DNA of 64,000 nt from Spirochaetia bacterium. Lineage in GTDB: Bacteria > Spirochaetota > Spirochaetia > SZUA-6 > Bin103. The stretch is taken from assembly GCA_965203055.1 (NCBI GenBank), contig OZ241863.1, positions 128,001 through 192,000 of the forward strand, given 5' to 3'. How positions within the stretch are numbered: the stretch's first letter is position 1; every line of letters starts with the position of its first letter. The position numbers and the translations under genes are program-made. This document shows positions 18,400-28,279 of this stretch, one piece after another. Under the pieces are notes generated by a model. That model had not been told where the DNA came from. It saw only the letters and a program-made list of their open reading frames with translations, and did no database searches.

Positions 18400-20262
18400 A
18401 TGAGCTCCATCTCTCTCTCCGATCGGTTTCAACCCTTCGTCGATACCCGCACCGGCGCCGGGGTGCTGGCGCGCATCACGCGCATGGCGTTGCGCTTTCG
18501 CCTGCGCCTGCTGCTTGGCGTGCTGGCCACCATCGCCGCGGCGCTCATGCAGCTCCTCATCCCGCGCTACATGGGCCAGGCGGTGGACCGCATCCACGAG
18601 CTGCTGGCCGCGGCCACGCAGTGGAATCCGGCCACCCGCCAGCAGCTCGTGACCGTGGCGCTCGCCCTGCTCGCGGTGAGCGTCTTGCGCGGGGTGTTCA
18701 TGGCGATCTACATGCAGCAGGGCGAGTCGCTCGGCCAGCACCTCGGGTATTCGTTGCGGCTGGCCTACTACGAAAAGCTGCAGCGCCTCAGCTTCAGCTA
18801 CCACGACCGCGTCCACACCGGCGATCTGATGACGCGCGGCATGCTGGACGTGGAAGGGGTGCGCATGTTCGTCACCTTCGGGTTGTTGCGCACCTTCTAC
18901 CTCGCCGTGCTGATCGGCTTCGGCGGCTACCAACTGGTAGCTACCGATCCGCTGATGGCGCTGGTGGCGTTGAGCTTCGTGCCGGTGGTGGGGTGGCGCG
19001 CCATCGTGTCGCGGCTGCAGCTCCGCGAGAGCTGGTATCAGCTCCAGCGGCGCATGTCGATCCTCACCCGGGTGATGGACGAGAACCTGAGCGGCATCCG
19101 CGTGGTACGCGCCTTCACTTCGCAGGACCACGAGATGAACAAGTTCGACCGCGCCTCGCGGCGCGCCCTGCTGCTGGCGCGCAAGCGCATCCGCATCCGG
19201 GTGCGGAACACGACCGTGATGACCCTCACCTACTACGCCGCCATGTGTCTGGTGTTGCTGACCGGCGGTCTCAAGGTGATGAACGGCGAGGCGAGCGTGG
19301 GCCGCCTCACCGAGTTCCTGGCGTTCATGACCATTCTGCAACTGCCGGTGCGCCAGCTCGGGATGATGGTCAACGCCTTCGCGCGCGCTTCCTCGTCCGG
19401 CCAGCGCCTGTTCGAAGTACTGGATCGGGAGCCCGACGTGGCGGACCGGCCCGGCGCCCGGGCGCTGGCCCTGACCCGCGGCGTGCTGCGCTTCGAGGGG
19501 GTCTCCTTCGCCTACCGCACCGAGGACGGCGACGCCGTGGCGCTGCGCGGGGTTTCGTTCACCGTCGGTCCCGGCCAGACGCTCGGCATCGTCGGCCCGC
19601 CGGGGGCCGGCAAGACGACCATCGCCCATCTGGTACCGCGCTTCTACGACGTCACCGGCGGGCGCATCACCATCGATGAGCAGGACATCCGCAGCGTCAC
19701 CCTGGACTCGCTGCGCAACGCGGTCGGCGTGATCCAGCAGGACAGCTTCGTGTTCACCGCCGCGCTGGAGAAGAACGTCGCCTACGGCGATCCCTGGGCC
19801 GAGCGCGAGCGCATCGAACACGCCACCGCGTCAGCGCAGCTCGACTCCTACGTACGCGGCCTGCCGCTCGGTTACGAGACCCTGGTGGGCGAGCGCGGCG
19901 TGTCGCTGTCGGGCGGCCAGCGGCAGCGGCTGTCGATCGCCCGCAGCGTGATGCTGCGCCCGCCGATCATGATCTTCGACGACTCCACCGCAGCCATCGA
20001 CGCCGGCACCGAGCAGCGCATCCGGGCATCGCTGCGCGAGGTCACGCGGCAGTGCGCCACCATCATCGTCGCCCACCGCCTGAGCTCCCTGATGCACGCC
20101 AACGAGATCCTGTTTCTCGATCACGGCCGCGTCGTGGAGCGCGGCAGCCATGACGAGCTGCTGGCCCAGGGCGGCCGCTACGCGGCGCTGTATGAGTTGC
20201 AGGCGCGCCGGCCGCCGGCCGGCGCCGCGGCCAACGGAGCCGGCCAGGGAGGCAGCTCATGA
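18400..20262 (+). CDS. ABC exporter TMD-NBD half-transporter (degenerate Walker B)
   Basis: 6-TM domain; GPPGAGKT, LSGGQRQR, IFDDST and AHR motifs. Confidence 0.95.
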   Translation: MSSISLSDRFQPFVDTRTGAGVLARITRMALRFRLRLLLGVLATIAAALMQLLIPRYMGQAVDRIHELLAAATQWNPATRQQLVTVALALLAVSVLRGVFMAIYMQQGESLGQHLGYSLRLAYYEKLQRLSFSYHDRVHTGDLMTRGMLDVEGVRMFVTFGLLRTFYLAVLIGFGGYQLVATDPLMALVALSFVPVVGWRAIVSRLQLRESWYQLQRRMSILTRVMDENLSGIRVVRAFTSQDHEMNKFDRASRRALLLARKRIRIRVRNTTVMTLTYYAAMCLVLLTGGLKVMNGEASVGRLTEFLAFMTILQLPVRQLGMMVNAFARASSSGQRLFEVLDREPDVADRPGARALALTRGVLRFEGVSFAYRTEDGDAVALRGVSFTVGPGQTLGIVGPPGAGKTTIAHLVPRFYDVTGGRITIDEQDIRSVTLDSLRNAVGVIQQDSFVFTAALEKNVAYGDPWAERERIEHATASAQLDSYVRGLPLGYETLVGERGVSLSGGQRQRLSIARSVMLRPPIMIFDDSTAAIDAGTEQRIRASLREVTRQCATIIVAHRLSSLMHANEILFLDHGRVVERGSHDELLAQGGRYAALYELQARRPPAGAAANGAGQGGSS

Positions 20263-22178
20263 GCGGCCCCGCCGCGGCGCCGGCCGAGCAGGTCTACCTG
20301 GCGCGCCGCCGGCGCAAGGGGCGCATCCCGCCGCTGGCCGCGGTCGGCTCCCAGGTGAACCGCGAAGAGCAGATGTTCGGCGCGGCGTTCAACGGCCACG
20401 TGGTACGGCGCTTCCTGGCGTTCGTGCGCCCCTACCGGGCCAGGCTGTGGATTTCCGTTGCCGCGGTGCTGGCATTCACCTTCTCGCAGATGGCGTTTCC
20501 GCTCATCATCCGCATCGTCATCGACGACGTGCTGCTGGCGGAAGCCGCCGGCGCGGGGCGCCGCATCCTGTTCGCGGCCTGCGCGGCGTTCGCGGCCCTG
20601 GTGGTGGTCAACTACGCCGCCAACCTGATTCAGGAGTCGGTGGTGGCGCGGGTGGCCGAGCAGGTGCTGTTCGACCTGCGCCGCGCCATGTACCGGCATC
20701 TGCAGCGCGTCGCGCTGGCGTTCATGGACCGCACCGAGGTGGGGCGCCTGATGTCGCGGTTGCAGGGCGACGTCAACGCGCTGCAGGAGTTCCTCGAGTC
20801 CACCGTGTTCGCGGTTGGGGACCTGGTGCTGCTGATCGGCATCATCGTGATCCTGCTGGTCCTGAACCTGCCGCTGGGACTGATGACGCTGGCGATCGTG
20901 CCGGCGCTGCTGGTGGTGCGCGCCATCTGGCTGCCGTTCGCGCGGCGCGCGTTCCTCGGCGCCCGGCAGAGCAGCTCCAACATCAACGGCGCGCTGGCGG
21001 AGAGCATCAACGGCGTCCGGCTGATCCAGGAGCTGGGCCGCCAGCGGGTCAACTTCGATCTGTACGAGGAGAAGGTGTTCGACAATCTGCGCACCCAGAT
21101 CCGGGCGGCGCGCTTCTCGCAGATCATGATCCCGACGGTCGACTCCCTGTCCGGCCTCGCCCTCGGCCTGATCGTGGTGGTGGGCGGCGCGCTGACCCTC
21201 GGCGCGTCGATCGAGCTGGGAGTGCTGATCGCCTTCTTCTTCTACGTGCAGCGCTTCTTCGCCCCGATCCGTTCGGTGACCATGCAGTACAGCATCATGC
21301 AGCGCGCGATGGCCTCCGGGCAGCGCATCTTCGAAGTGCTGGACGTGCCGGTGCAGATCGCGGATCGCCCCGGGGCGCGCGACCCGCGGGAGATAGACGG
21401 CTCCATCGAGTTCCGCAACGTGACCTTCGGCTACGTCGAGGGACAGCCGATCCTGCACGACATTTCGTTTCGCGCGGCGCCGGGCGAGACGATCGCGCTG
21501 GTGGGGCCGACCGGCTCGGGCAAGACCAGCATCACCGCCCTGGCGCATCGCTTCTACGACGTATGGCAGGGCCGCATCCTGGTGGGCGGCCATGACGTGC
21601 GCGACCTGACCCAGGCGTCGCTGGGCCGCCACATCGGCATGGTGCTGCAAGAGCCGTTCCTGTTCACCGGCACCATCAGCGAGAACATCCGCTACGCCGC
21701 CAGGGACGCGACCCAGGAGGACGTGGAGCGAGCCGCCGCGGCGGTGGGCGCCCACGACTTCATTACCCGCCTGCCGCAGGGGTACAACACGATGCTGGAG
21801 CAGCGCGGCAGCAACCTGTCCCTGGGGCAGCGCCAGCTGATCAGCTTTGCCCGCGCCATCGTCGCCGACACCAGGGTTCTGGTGCTCGACGAGGCTACCG
21901 CCAACATCGACAGCTACACCGAGATGCAGATTCAGCACGCGCTGCGCGGACTGCTGCACCAGCGCACCGGCCTGGTGATCGCCCACCGCCTGGCTACCAT
22001 CCGCAACGCGGACCGCATTCTGGTGTTGCAGCAGGGACGCATCACCGAGCAGGGGACGCACGCCGAACTGCTGGCTCGGGACGGGCTCTACGCCGGCCTG
22101 TACGGCATGCACTACGCGTCGTTCGACGACCTTCCCGACGAGGTGGTGGGCGCGGCAGCCGGCCGCGCGGCGACCTGA
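20259..22178 (+). CDS. ABC exporter TMD-NBD half-transporter (heterodimer partner)
   Basis: ATGA overlap with the first half; GPTGSGKT, LSLGQRQL, LDEAT and AHR motifs. Confidence 0.95.
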   Translation: MSGPAAAPAEQVYLARRRRKGRIPPLAAVGSQVNREEQMFGAAFNGHVVRRFLAFVRPYRARLWISVAAVLAFTFSQMAFPLIIRIVIDDVLLAEAAGAGRRILFAACAAFAALVVVNYAANLIQESVVARVAEQVLFDLRRAMYRHLQRVALAFMDRTEVGRLMSRLQGDVNALQEFLESTVFAVGDLVLLIGIIVILLVLNLPLGLMTLAIVPALLVVRAIWLPFARRAFLGARQSSSNINGALAESINGVRLIQELGRQRVNFDLYEEKVFDNLRTQIRAARFSQIMIPTVDSLSGLALGLIVVVGGALTLGASIELGVLIAFFFYVQRFFAPIRSVTMQYSIMQRAMASGQRIFEVLDVPVQIADRPGARDPREIDGSIEFRNVTFGYVEGQPILHDISFRAAPGETIALVGPTGSGKTSITALAHRFYDVWQGRILVGGHDVRDLTQASLGRHIGMVLQEPFLFTGTISENIRYAARDATQEDVERAAAAVGAHDFITRLPQGYNTMLEQRGSNLSLGQRQLISFARAIVADTRVLVLDEATANIDSYTEMQIQHALRGLLHQRTGLVIAHRLATIRNADRILVLQQGRITEQGTHAELLARDGLYAGLYGMHYASFDDLPDEVVGAAAGRAAT

Positions 22179-22256
22179 GCGCCGGCCGCGCGGGCGGTCG
22201 CGGGCGGTACGCCAACCCGCCGGAGCGCGCGCCGGCGCCCCAATACCGCTTCCGCT

Positions 22257-23618
22257 TCAGGTGCGCTGCCGCAACTCCAGCAACGCCGCGGAGGGCCGCA
22301 CCGGATAGGGGGCGGCGTCCTGCAGCGCGCGCACCGGCGCCGGCAGGCTGGCGAGGCTGGCGGCCGCGCGCGCCCGGACCGCCGCCAGCGGCTCCCGCGC
22401 CGCCACCCGCGTTCCCGCGCGCAACTGCGGCCGCAGCAGCGGCACGCGCCGTTCACCGCGGCCGGCGCCCGCGGCGAGCTCCTCGGTCTCCTCCGCAAGG
22501 CAGAGCAGGTCGCGCGCGGCGTGCCGCGCCGCGTAGCAGCGCACCACCTGCTTGATTCCGGGCAGGGTAGCCTTGCCCGGCTCCTCCGAGCGCTTGGCAA
22601 TCGCGCGCCAGCCGCCGCCGCGGCGCACCGCCACCAGCTTGTACACCCCGCCCAGCGCGGGGTCGCCATGGGCGGTGACCAGGCGCGTACCGACGCCCCA
22701 CGCGTCGATCGGCGCGTTGGCGTTGCGCAACTCGGCAATGCGGGTCTCGTCCAGATCGCTCGACACCACGATCTGGGCCTCCTCGAGTCCCGCCGCGTCC
22801 AACTGCGCCCGCACCGCGCGGCTGAGATGGTCGAGCGCGCCACTGTCCAGGCGCACGCCGAAGCCGCGCCGGCCGCGCGCCTGCAGCGCGGCCAGCACCG
22901 GGATGGCATGAGGAATCCCGCTGTCCAGGGTGTCGTAGGTGTCGACCAGCAGTATCGCCCGCTCCGGGTAGAGCTCGGCGAAGCGGGCGAACGCGTCCTG
23001 TTCGTCGCCGAAAGCCTGGATCCAGGAGTGCGCCATGGTACCGCTGACCGGGATGCCGTAGCGGGCGCCGGCGGCGAGGTTGGAGGTGCCGTGCACGCCG
23101 CCGACGTAGGCGGCGCGCGCCGCCGACAACGCCCCGTCCAGCCCCTGGGCGCGGCGCAGCCCGAACTCGAACACCCGCCCCCCGCCCGCGGCCTGCACCA
23201 CGCGCGCCGCCTTGGTGGCGATCAGGGTCTGGAAGTTGACGATGTTGAGCAGCAGACTCTCCAGGAGCTGCGCTTCGGTGAGGCGCGCGGTGACCCGCAG
23301 CAGCGGCTCGCCGGGGAACATCGCGGTCCCCTCCGGCGGCGCGTGCAACGCGCCCTGAAATCGCCAGCGCTCCAGGAACTGCAGGAACTCGGCGCGAAAC
23401 AACCGCAGTCCCTCCAGGTACTCCAGTTGCCGCGCGCTGAAGCGCAGCGCCGCGGCCGCATCGACGACCTCCTCCAGACCCGCCGCCAGCGCATAGCCGC
23501 CGCCGAACGGCGGGCGCCGGAAGAACAGTTCGAAGGCGACCTCGGGATCGCGGCGCTGCAGGAAGTAGCCCTGCAGCATGGTGAGCTGATAGAGGTCGGT
23601 GGCGAGCGCCGAGACCAC
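22257..23618 (-). CDS. pncB: Nicotinate phosphoribosyltransferase
   Basis: Motifs TDLYQLTM, EFGLRRAQG, GTMAHSW, LVDTYD, VRLDSG and GVYKLV; start about 23618-23636. Confidence 0.93.
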   Translation of the reverse strand: MVSALATDLYQLTMLQGYFLQRRDPEVAFELFFRRPPFGGGYALAAGLEEVVDAAAALRFSARQLEYLEGLRLFRAEFLQFLERWRFQGALHAPPEGTAMFPGEPLLRVTARLTEAQLLESLLLNIVNFQTLIATKAARVVQAAGGGRVFEFGLRRAQGLDGALSAARAAYVGGVHGTSNLAAGARYGIPVSGTMAHSWIQAFGDEQDAFARFAELYPERAILLVDTYDTLDSGIPHAIPVLAALQARGRRGFGVRLDSGALDHLSRAVRAQLDAAGLEEAQIVVSSDLDETRIAELRNANAPIDAWGVGTRLVTAHGDPALGGVYKLVAVRRGGGWRAIAKRSEEPGKATLPGIKQVVRCYAARHAARDLLCLAEETEELAAGAGRGERRVPLLRPQLRAGTRVAAREPLAAVRARAAASLASLPAPVRALQDAAPYPVRPSAALLELRQRT

Positions 23619-23632
23619 GCCGGACGCTTCGA

Positions 23633-24232
23633 TCAGGAAATGCGGATTCCCGCGGCGCGCATCTCCGCCAGCGCCCGGGCCACGTTGCCGGCGGGCTGAT
23701 CCACGCCGCGGCTGGCGCCGGCGAACAGTTCGACCTCGAACCCCAGGCGCGCCGCATCGAGGGCCGAGTACGCTACGCAGTAGTCGGTCGCGAGGCCGCA
23801 CAGCGCCACCCGCCGCACCCCCAGCGCCCGCAGATAGCCGGCCAAGCCGGTGGCGGTGCGGCGGTCGTTCTCGAAGAACGCGGAGTAGGAATCCAGCGCC
23901 CGGCGCGTTCCCTTGCGCAAGATCAGGTTGACGCGGCGGGTGTCCAGCGCCGGATGCAACGCCGCTCCGGCGGTGCCCTGCACGCAGTGGTCGGGCCACA
24001 GCGTCTGCTCGATCCCGCCAATGCGCACCGTGCCGTAGAGGGCGGCGCGAGGATGCTGCGAGACGAACGAGCAATGCTTGCGCGGATGCCAGTCCTGGGT
24101 CGCGACCACCAGGTCGTAGGCCGTCATCAGGCGGTTCGCCGCCGCCACCACGGCGTCGCCGTCAGCCACCGCCAGGGCGCCGCCGGGGCAGAAGTCAATC
24201 TGCACGTCGATGACCAGGAGCGCGCTACTCAT
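23633..24232 (-). CDS. pncA: Nicotinamidase/pyrazinamidase
   Basis: Motifs IDVQIDFCPGGAL, TQDWHP, WPDHC, KG...DSYSAF and GLATDYC; ATG 24232 or 24238. Confidence 0.95.
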   Translation of the reverse strand: MSSALLVIDVQIDFCPGGALAVADGDAVVAAANRLMTAYDLVVATQDWHPRKHCSFVSQHPRAALYGTVRIGGIEQTLWPDHCVQGTAGAALHPALDTRRVNLILRKGTRRALDSYSAFFENDRRTATGLAGYLRALGVRRVALCGLATDYCVAYSALDAARLGFEVELFAGASRGVDQPAGNVARALAEMRAAGIRIS

Positions 24233-24321
24233 CGCCATTACGCTACACCCGCCCGGCGCGGCGCGCCAACCCGCAACCGCCGCGCGGTCTCACCCTCAGC
24301 CGGCGCCGGCGCGGGGCGGCT

Positions 24322-25335
24322 TCACTCCCCGCCCGGGCGGGCGGCGGCCAAGCCGGTCCCATGGCGGAGGGCGCCGGCCACCCCCAGCGCCGCCAGCCCC
24401 GCGCCGGCCAGCGCCGCCAGCAGGACCGCGGTGAGTTCGCCCGCCGGCACCTGGGCGAGGTCCGCGGGCGCCACCTTGGGCACGGCGTGCAGCGGCGTGG
24501 ATTCGGCGTAGCCGCCGGGCGGCAGCGCCAGGAACGGCCACAGGCGGCGCAGCGAACCCAGCATCAGGCCGCTCAGGACCGCGAGGGTAATGCCGCGGGC
24601 GCGGCGCAGCAGCCAGGTCAGCAGCTTGCTTACGGCGCCCAGGCCGACCAGCACGCCGGCCTGGAACACGATCAGCGGCAGCAGTTGCGGCGCGCCCCGC
24701 GTCAGGTCGCGCAGCAGATCGATCACGTAGGGGTAGGGGCCAAGCACCAGCAGCACGAAGGCGCCGCTGACGCCGGGCAGCACCATCACCGCGGCGGCAG
24801 TGGCTCCGCTCAGCGCCAGGAACCAGAGCGCCGGTTCGCCGGCGCCGCGCACCGGCAATCCCAGCAGCAGCACGGCCGCGGCCGCGGCCAGCACCAGGGC
24901 CGCGGCCTGCGGCAGGCGCCAGCGCCCCACGGCGCGCAACGGCAGCACCACCGCTACCGGCACCACCCCGCAGAAGAACGCCAGCGCCAACCCCGGCGCC
25001 GCATCGAGCAAGGCTCCCACCGGGTAGCTGAACAGCAACGGCGCCGCCACCATGCCGGCGCCCAGCACCAGCGCGAAGCGCCACGGCACGGCGCCCCAGG
25101 CGCGCGCGACCCGCGCCCGCCAGCGGCCGCCGCGGGCGCGCCACGGCAGCAGCGCGCGGACCACCTCCACCAGGGCGGCGAGGACCGCCACCAGCCGTTC
25201 GTAGATACCCAGGATCAACGCCAGGGTGCCGGCGCTGACACCCGGTACCAGCTCGACGACGCCCAGGCTCAGGCCGCGCACCAGGGTAAGCAGATCGCTC
25301 CGCCACCCGGCGCGGAGCTCGACAGGTCGATTCAC
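24322..25335 (-). CDS. DUF368 membrane protein (putative undecaprenyl-phosphate translocase family)
   Basis: Two repeated motifs, VPGVSAGTLALILGIYERL and LPGVSGAFVLLVLGPY; multiple TM helices. Confidence 0.88.
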   Translation of the reverse strand: MNRPVELRAGWRSDLLTLVRGLSLGVVELVPGVSAGTLALILGIYERLVAVLAALVEVVRALLPWRARGGRWRARVARAWGAVPWRFALVLGAGMVAAPLLFSYPVGALLDAAPGLALAFFCGVVPVAVVLPLRAVGRWRLPQAAALVLAAAAAVLLLGLPVRGAGEPALWFLALSGATAAAVMVLPGVSGAFVLLVLGPYPYVIDLLRDLTRGAPQLLPLIVFQAGVLVGLGAVSKLLTWLLRRARGITLAVLSGLMLGSLRRLWPFLALPPGGYAESTPLHAVPKVAPADLAQVPAGELTAVLLAALAGAGLAALGVAGALRHGTGLAAARPGGE

Positions 25336-25434
25336 CGCCCCAGTGTGCCCGATTCGCGGCCCGCGCTGCAGCCCGCGGCAGCCCGCGGCGCGGGTATGGC
25401 GCACCGCGCCCGTCATCGCTATACTGCGCCCGCT

Positions 25435-26301
25435 ATGAGTGCGCGTTACATGAGCCCGCTGACGGTAAGCGAGGCCACCGAACTGCTTGGCCGGAATCCC
25501 GGAGCCCGGGTGCTGGCGGGCGGCACCGATCTCATGGTGGATATGCGCTTGTCCCGCACCATCCCCGAGCTGATCGTCGACATCAAGAACATCGCCCAAA
25601 CGCGGGAGCTCTCCCTCTCCGACGAAGGTCTGGTGCTGGGCGCCGCGGTAGCCTGCGTCGAACTGACCGACCATCCCACGTTGCGCCGGAGCTACCCCGG
25701 CCTGGTGGAGGCGGCGGAGCTGATCGGCTCGTCCCAGATCCAGAGCCGCGCCAGCCTCGGCGGCAACCTGTGCCACGCCTCCCCCGCGGCCGATACGGTA
25801 CCCGCCCTGGCGGCGGTGCGCGCGGTGTGCCGCATCGCGGGTCCCGGCGGGGAACGGCGCGTGCCGGTGGAGGAGTTCTGCACCGCGCCCGGCGCCAACG
25901 TGCTGGCCGCCGGCGAGTTCCTGGTTGCCTTCGAGATTCCGCCGCCGGGCGCCGGTGCGGCCGATGCCTACCTGCGCTTCATCCCGCGCAATGAAATGGA
26001 CATCGCCGTGGTCGGCGCGGGAGTCAGCGTGAGCCTGGACGGCTCCGCTACCTGTACCGCCGCCCGCGTGGCGCTGGGGGCGGTCGCGCCGACGGTGATC
26101 CTGGTACCGGAAGCCGCCGCGGCGCTGCTCGGGAGCGCCATCGAAGACGCCGACCTGGAACGGGCGGCGGCCGCCGCCGCGGCGGCGGCGCGGCCGATCA
26201 GCGACCGCCGCGGCACCGCCGAGTTCCGGCGCCACGTCGCCGGGGTGCTCACCAAACGCGCCGCCCTGGCGGCGCGGAACCGGGCGCGCGCGGCGCGCTG
26301 A
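25435..26301 (+). CDS. Xanthine/CO dehydrogenase family FAD-binding subunit (CoxM-like)
   Basis: Motifs LAGGTDL, QIQSRASLGGN, ASPAAD and PISDRRGTAEFR. Confidence 0.92.
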   Translation: MSARYMSPLTVSEATELLGRNPGARVLAGGTDLMVDMRLSRTIPELIVDIKNIAQTRELSLSDEGLVLGAAVACVELTDHPTLRRSYPGLVEAAELIGSSQIQSRASLGGNLCHASPAADTVPALAAVRAVCRIAGPGGERRVPVEEFCTAPGANVLAAGEFLVAFEIPPPGAGAADAYLRFIPRNEMDIAVVGAGVSVSLDGSATCTAARVALGAVAPTVILVPEAAAALLGSAIEDADLERAAAAAAAAARPISDRRGTAEFRRHVAGVLTKRAALAARNRARAAR

Positions 26302-26336
26302 AACGGCCTGAAAGCCAAAGAGAGAGGCAGATAATC

Positions 26337-26816
26337 ATGCAACAGACTCACGTCCGAACCACCATCAACGGCGAGCCCACCGAATTCCTGTGCGAGGCGC
26401 ATCTGAGCCTGCTCGACGCGTTGCGCGACAAGGTCGGTCTCACCGGTACCAAGGAGGGCTGCGGCACCGGCGACTGCGGCGCCTGCACCGTCGTGCTGGA
26501 CGGCAACATCGTGTGCTCCTGCCTGGTGTTGGCGGTGGAGACGGCCGGACACGAAATCGAGACGATCGAAGGCGTAGCCAAGGATCAGCAACTCCACCCG
26601 GTGCAGCAGAAGCTGCTGGAGCACGCCGGTCTGCAGTGCGGCATCTGCACCCCCGGCGTCGTGGTCGCGGCCAAGGCGCTGCTGGAGCGCACCCCCGACC
26701 CCAGCGAGAAGGAGATCCGCTACTGGTTGTCCGGCAACCTGTGCCGCTGCACCGGCTACGACAAGATCGTGCGCGCGGTGCAGGACGCGGCCTCGGTGTT
26801 GCAGGCGCAGGGTTAG
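26337..26816 (+). CDS. Xanthine/CO dehydrogenase family 2x[2Fe-2S] subunit (CoxS-like)
   Basis: Motifs [24 protein letters not shown] and GNLCRCTGY. Confidence 0.95.
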   Translation: MQQTHVRTTINGEPTEFLCEAHLSLLDALRDKVGLTGTKEGCGTGDCGACTVVLDGNIVCSCLVLAVETAGHEIETIEGVAKDQQLHPVQQKLLEHAGLQCGICTPGVVVAAKALLERTPDPSEKEIRYWLSGNLCRCTGYDKIVRAVQDAASVLQAQG

Positions 26817-26834
26817 CCGGACCCGCCGCGCGGC

Positions 26835-27092
26835 ATGGCCCAGGTAGAGATTCCGGCGCGGCTGCTGGCCCGCACCGGCGGCACCGGCCGCGTCGAGGTG
26901 GCCGGCCGCAACGTGCGCCAGGTGCTGCGCGGCCTCGACGAGATGTTTCCGGGGCTGGTCGAGGAGCTGAAGGCCACCACCGCCATCGCGATCGATGGCG
27001 AGATCATCGGCCAGCGGCTGGAGGACGCGGTGCTGGAGCGGGTGGAGCCCGACAGCGAGGTGTACTTCATCCCCGCCGTAGCCGGCGGCTGA
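26835..27092 (+). CDS. MoaD/ThiS family ubiquitin-like sulfur carrier
   Basis: 85 aa, beta-grasp pattern, ends FIPAVAGG. Confidence 0.88.
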   Translation: MAQVEIPARLLARTGGTGRVEVAGRNVRQVLRGLDEMFPGLVEELKATTAIAIDGEIIGQRLEDAVLERVEPDSEVYFIPAVAGG

Positions 27093-27148
27093 AACGGCCG
27101 AACCCGCGCCCCGCAGGAGCGCCGCGCGGCGGTCCGGGAGCTGCACGA

Positions 27149-28279
27149 ATGGACGAACTGCACCGCATCATCGAACATCTCGCCGCCGGCCCGCCCGGAC
27201 AGGGGTGCGCGCTGGCGACGCTGGTGTACGTCGAGGGTTCGAGCTACCGCGGCGTGGGAGCGCGCGCGCTGGCCCTGCCTGACGGCAGCACCGTTGGCCT
27301 GATCAGCGGCGGCTGCCTGGAGGGCGACCTGCTGGAGCGCGCCGGCGAGGTGCTGGCCGACGGCCGCCCGCGCACCGTGCGCTACGACTCCACCTCTCCG
27401 GAGGACGCGCTGCTGGGGCTGGGGCTGGGCTGCAACGGGGTGGTCGAGGTGCTGCTGGAACGGGTAACGGCCGCCGACGCCGCGGCGGCCGCCCGCTATC
27501 TGCCGCTGCTGCGGCAGGCGCGCAACGACGGCCGGCGCGCGGCGCTGGCGACGGTGTACCGCTCGCCCGAAGCGGACGAGGTGGGCTCCCGCCTGGCGCT
27601 GATCGAGGCGGCTGCGGCGCCGGCGCGGCCGGCGACGCCCCACTACTTCGGCCCGCTGCGCGACGGGTTGCGGGAGGCGATGGCGCGCGATCTGGCCGCG
27701 CTCCTGGACCACGGCCGCTCGCGCGCCGCGGCGTATGAGGCCGCCGGTGACCGGGTGCAGGCGCTGCTGGAACTGGTGGAACCGCCGCTGGCCCTGACCG
27801 TGTGCGGCGCCGGTCCCGACGCGCAGCCGCTGGTGACCCTGGCCGCCGGCCTCGGCTGGGCGCCGCTGGTGTTCGACCACCGCGCCTCCTTTGCGCGCCC
27901 GGACCGGTTTCCCGACGCGGTGCGCGTGGTGACCGCGGCGCGCGAGGAATTTTCCGCCGCGGTACCGCCGCGGCCGGGTGAGGCGGCGGTGTTGATGACC
28001 CACAGCTACCCTGCCGACCTGCTCTACCTGGAGCAGCTCGCGCCCCGCAACTTGCGCTACCTCGGGGTCCTCGGCCCGCGCCGGCGGCTGGACCGGCTGC
28101 TGGCGGAACTGGGTCCGCGCGCCCCGGCGGAGGGCGTGCTCTACGGTCCGGCCGGGCTCGACATCGGCGCCGACACCCCGGCCGAAATCGCGCTTGCCAT
28201 CGCGGCCGAAATCCGCGCCGTGCTGGCCGGCCGCGGCGGCGGCTCGCTGCGCGCCCGCCCGACGCCGATTCACCGGTGA
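27149..28279 (+). CDS. XdhC/CoxI family molybdenum-cofactor chaperone
   Basis: Motifs GSSYR..GA, ISGGCLE, GLGCNG, YLGVLGP and GLDIGADTPAEIALAI. Confidence 0.92.
   Translation: MDELHRIIEHLAAGPPGQGCALATLVYVEGSSYRGVGARALALPDGSTVGLISGGCLEGDLLERAGEVLADGRPRTVRYDSTSPEDALLGLGLGCNGVVEVLLERVTAADAAAAARYLPLLRQARNDGRRAALATVYRSPEADEVGSRLALIEAAAAPARPATPHYFGPLRDGLREAMARDLAALLDHGRSRAAAYEAAGDRVQALLELVEPPLALTVCGAGPDAQPLVTLAAGLGWAPLVFDHRASFARPDRFPDAVRVVTAAREEFSAAVPPRPGEAAVLMTHSYPADLLYLEQLAPRNLRYLGVLGPRRRLDRLLAELGPRAPAEGVLYGPAGLDIGADTPAEIALAIAAEIRAVLAGRGGGSLRARPTPIHR

Noticed and set aside
22179..22256. GC-rich imperfect hairpin between the convergent ABC and pncB genes as a terminator or REP
   Set aside because: There is no U-tract, pairing is imperfect, and no convincing second copy exists in the window
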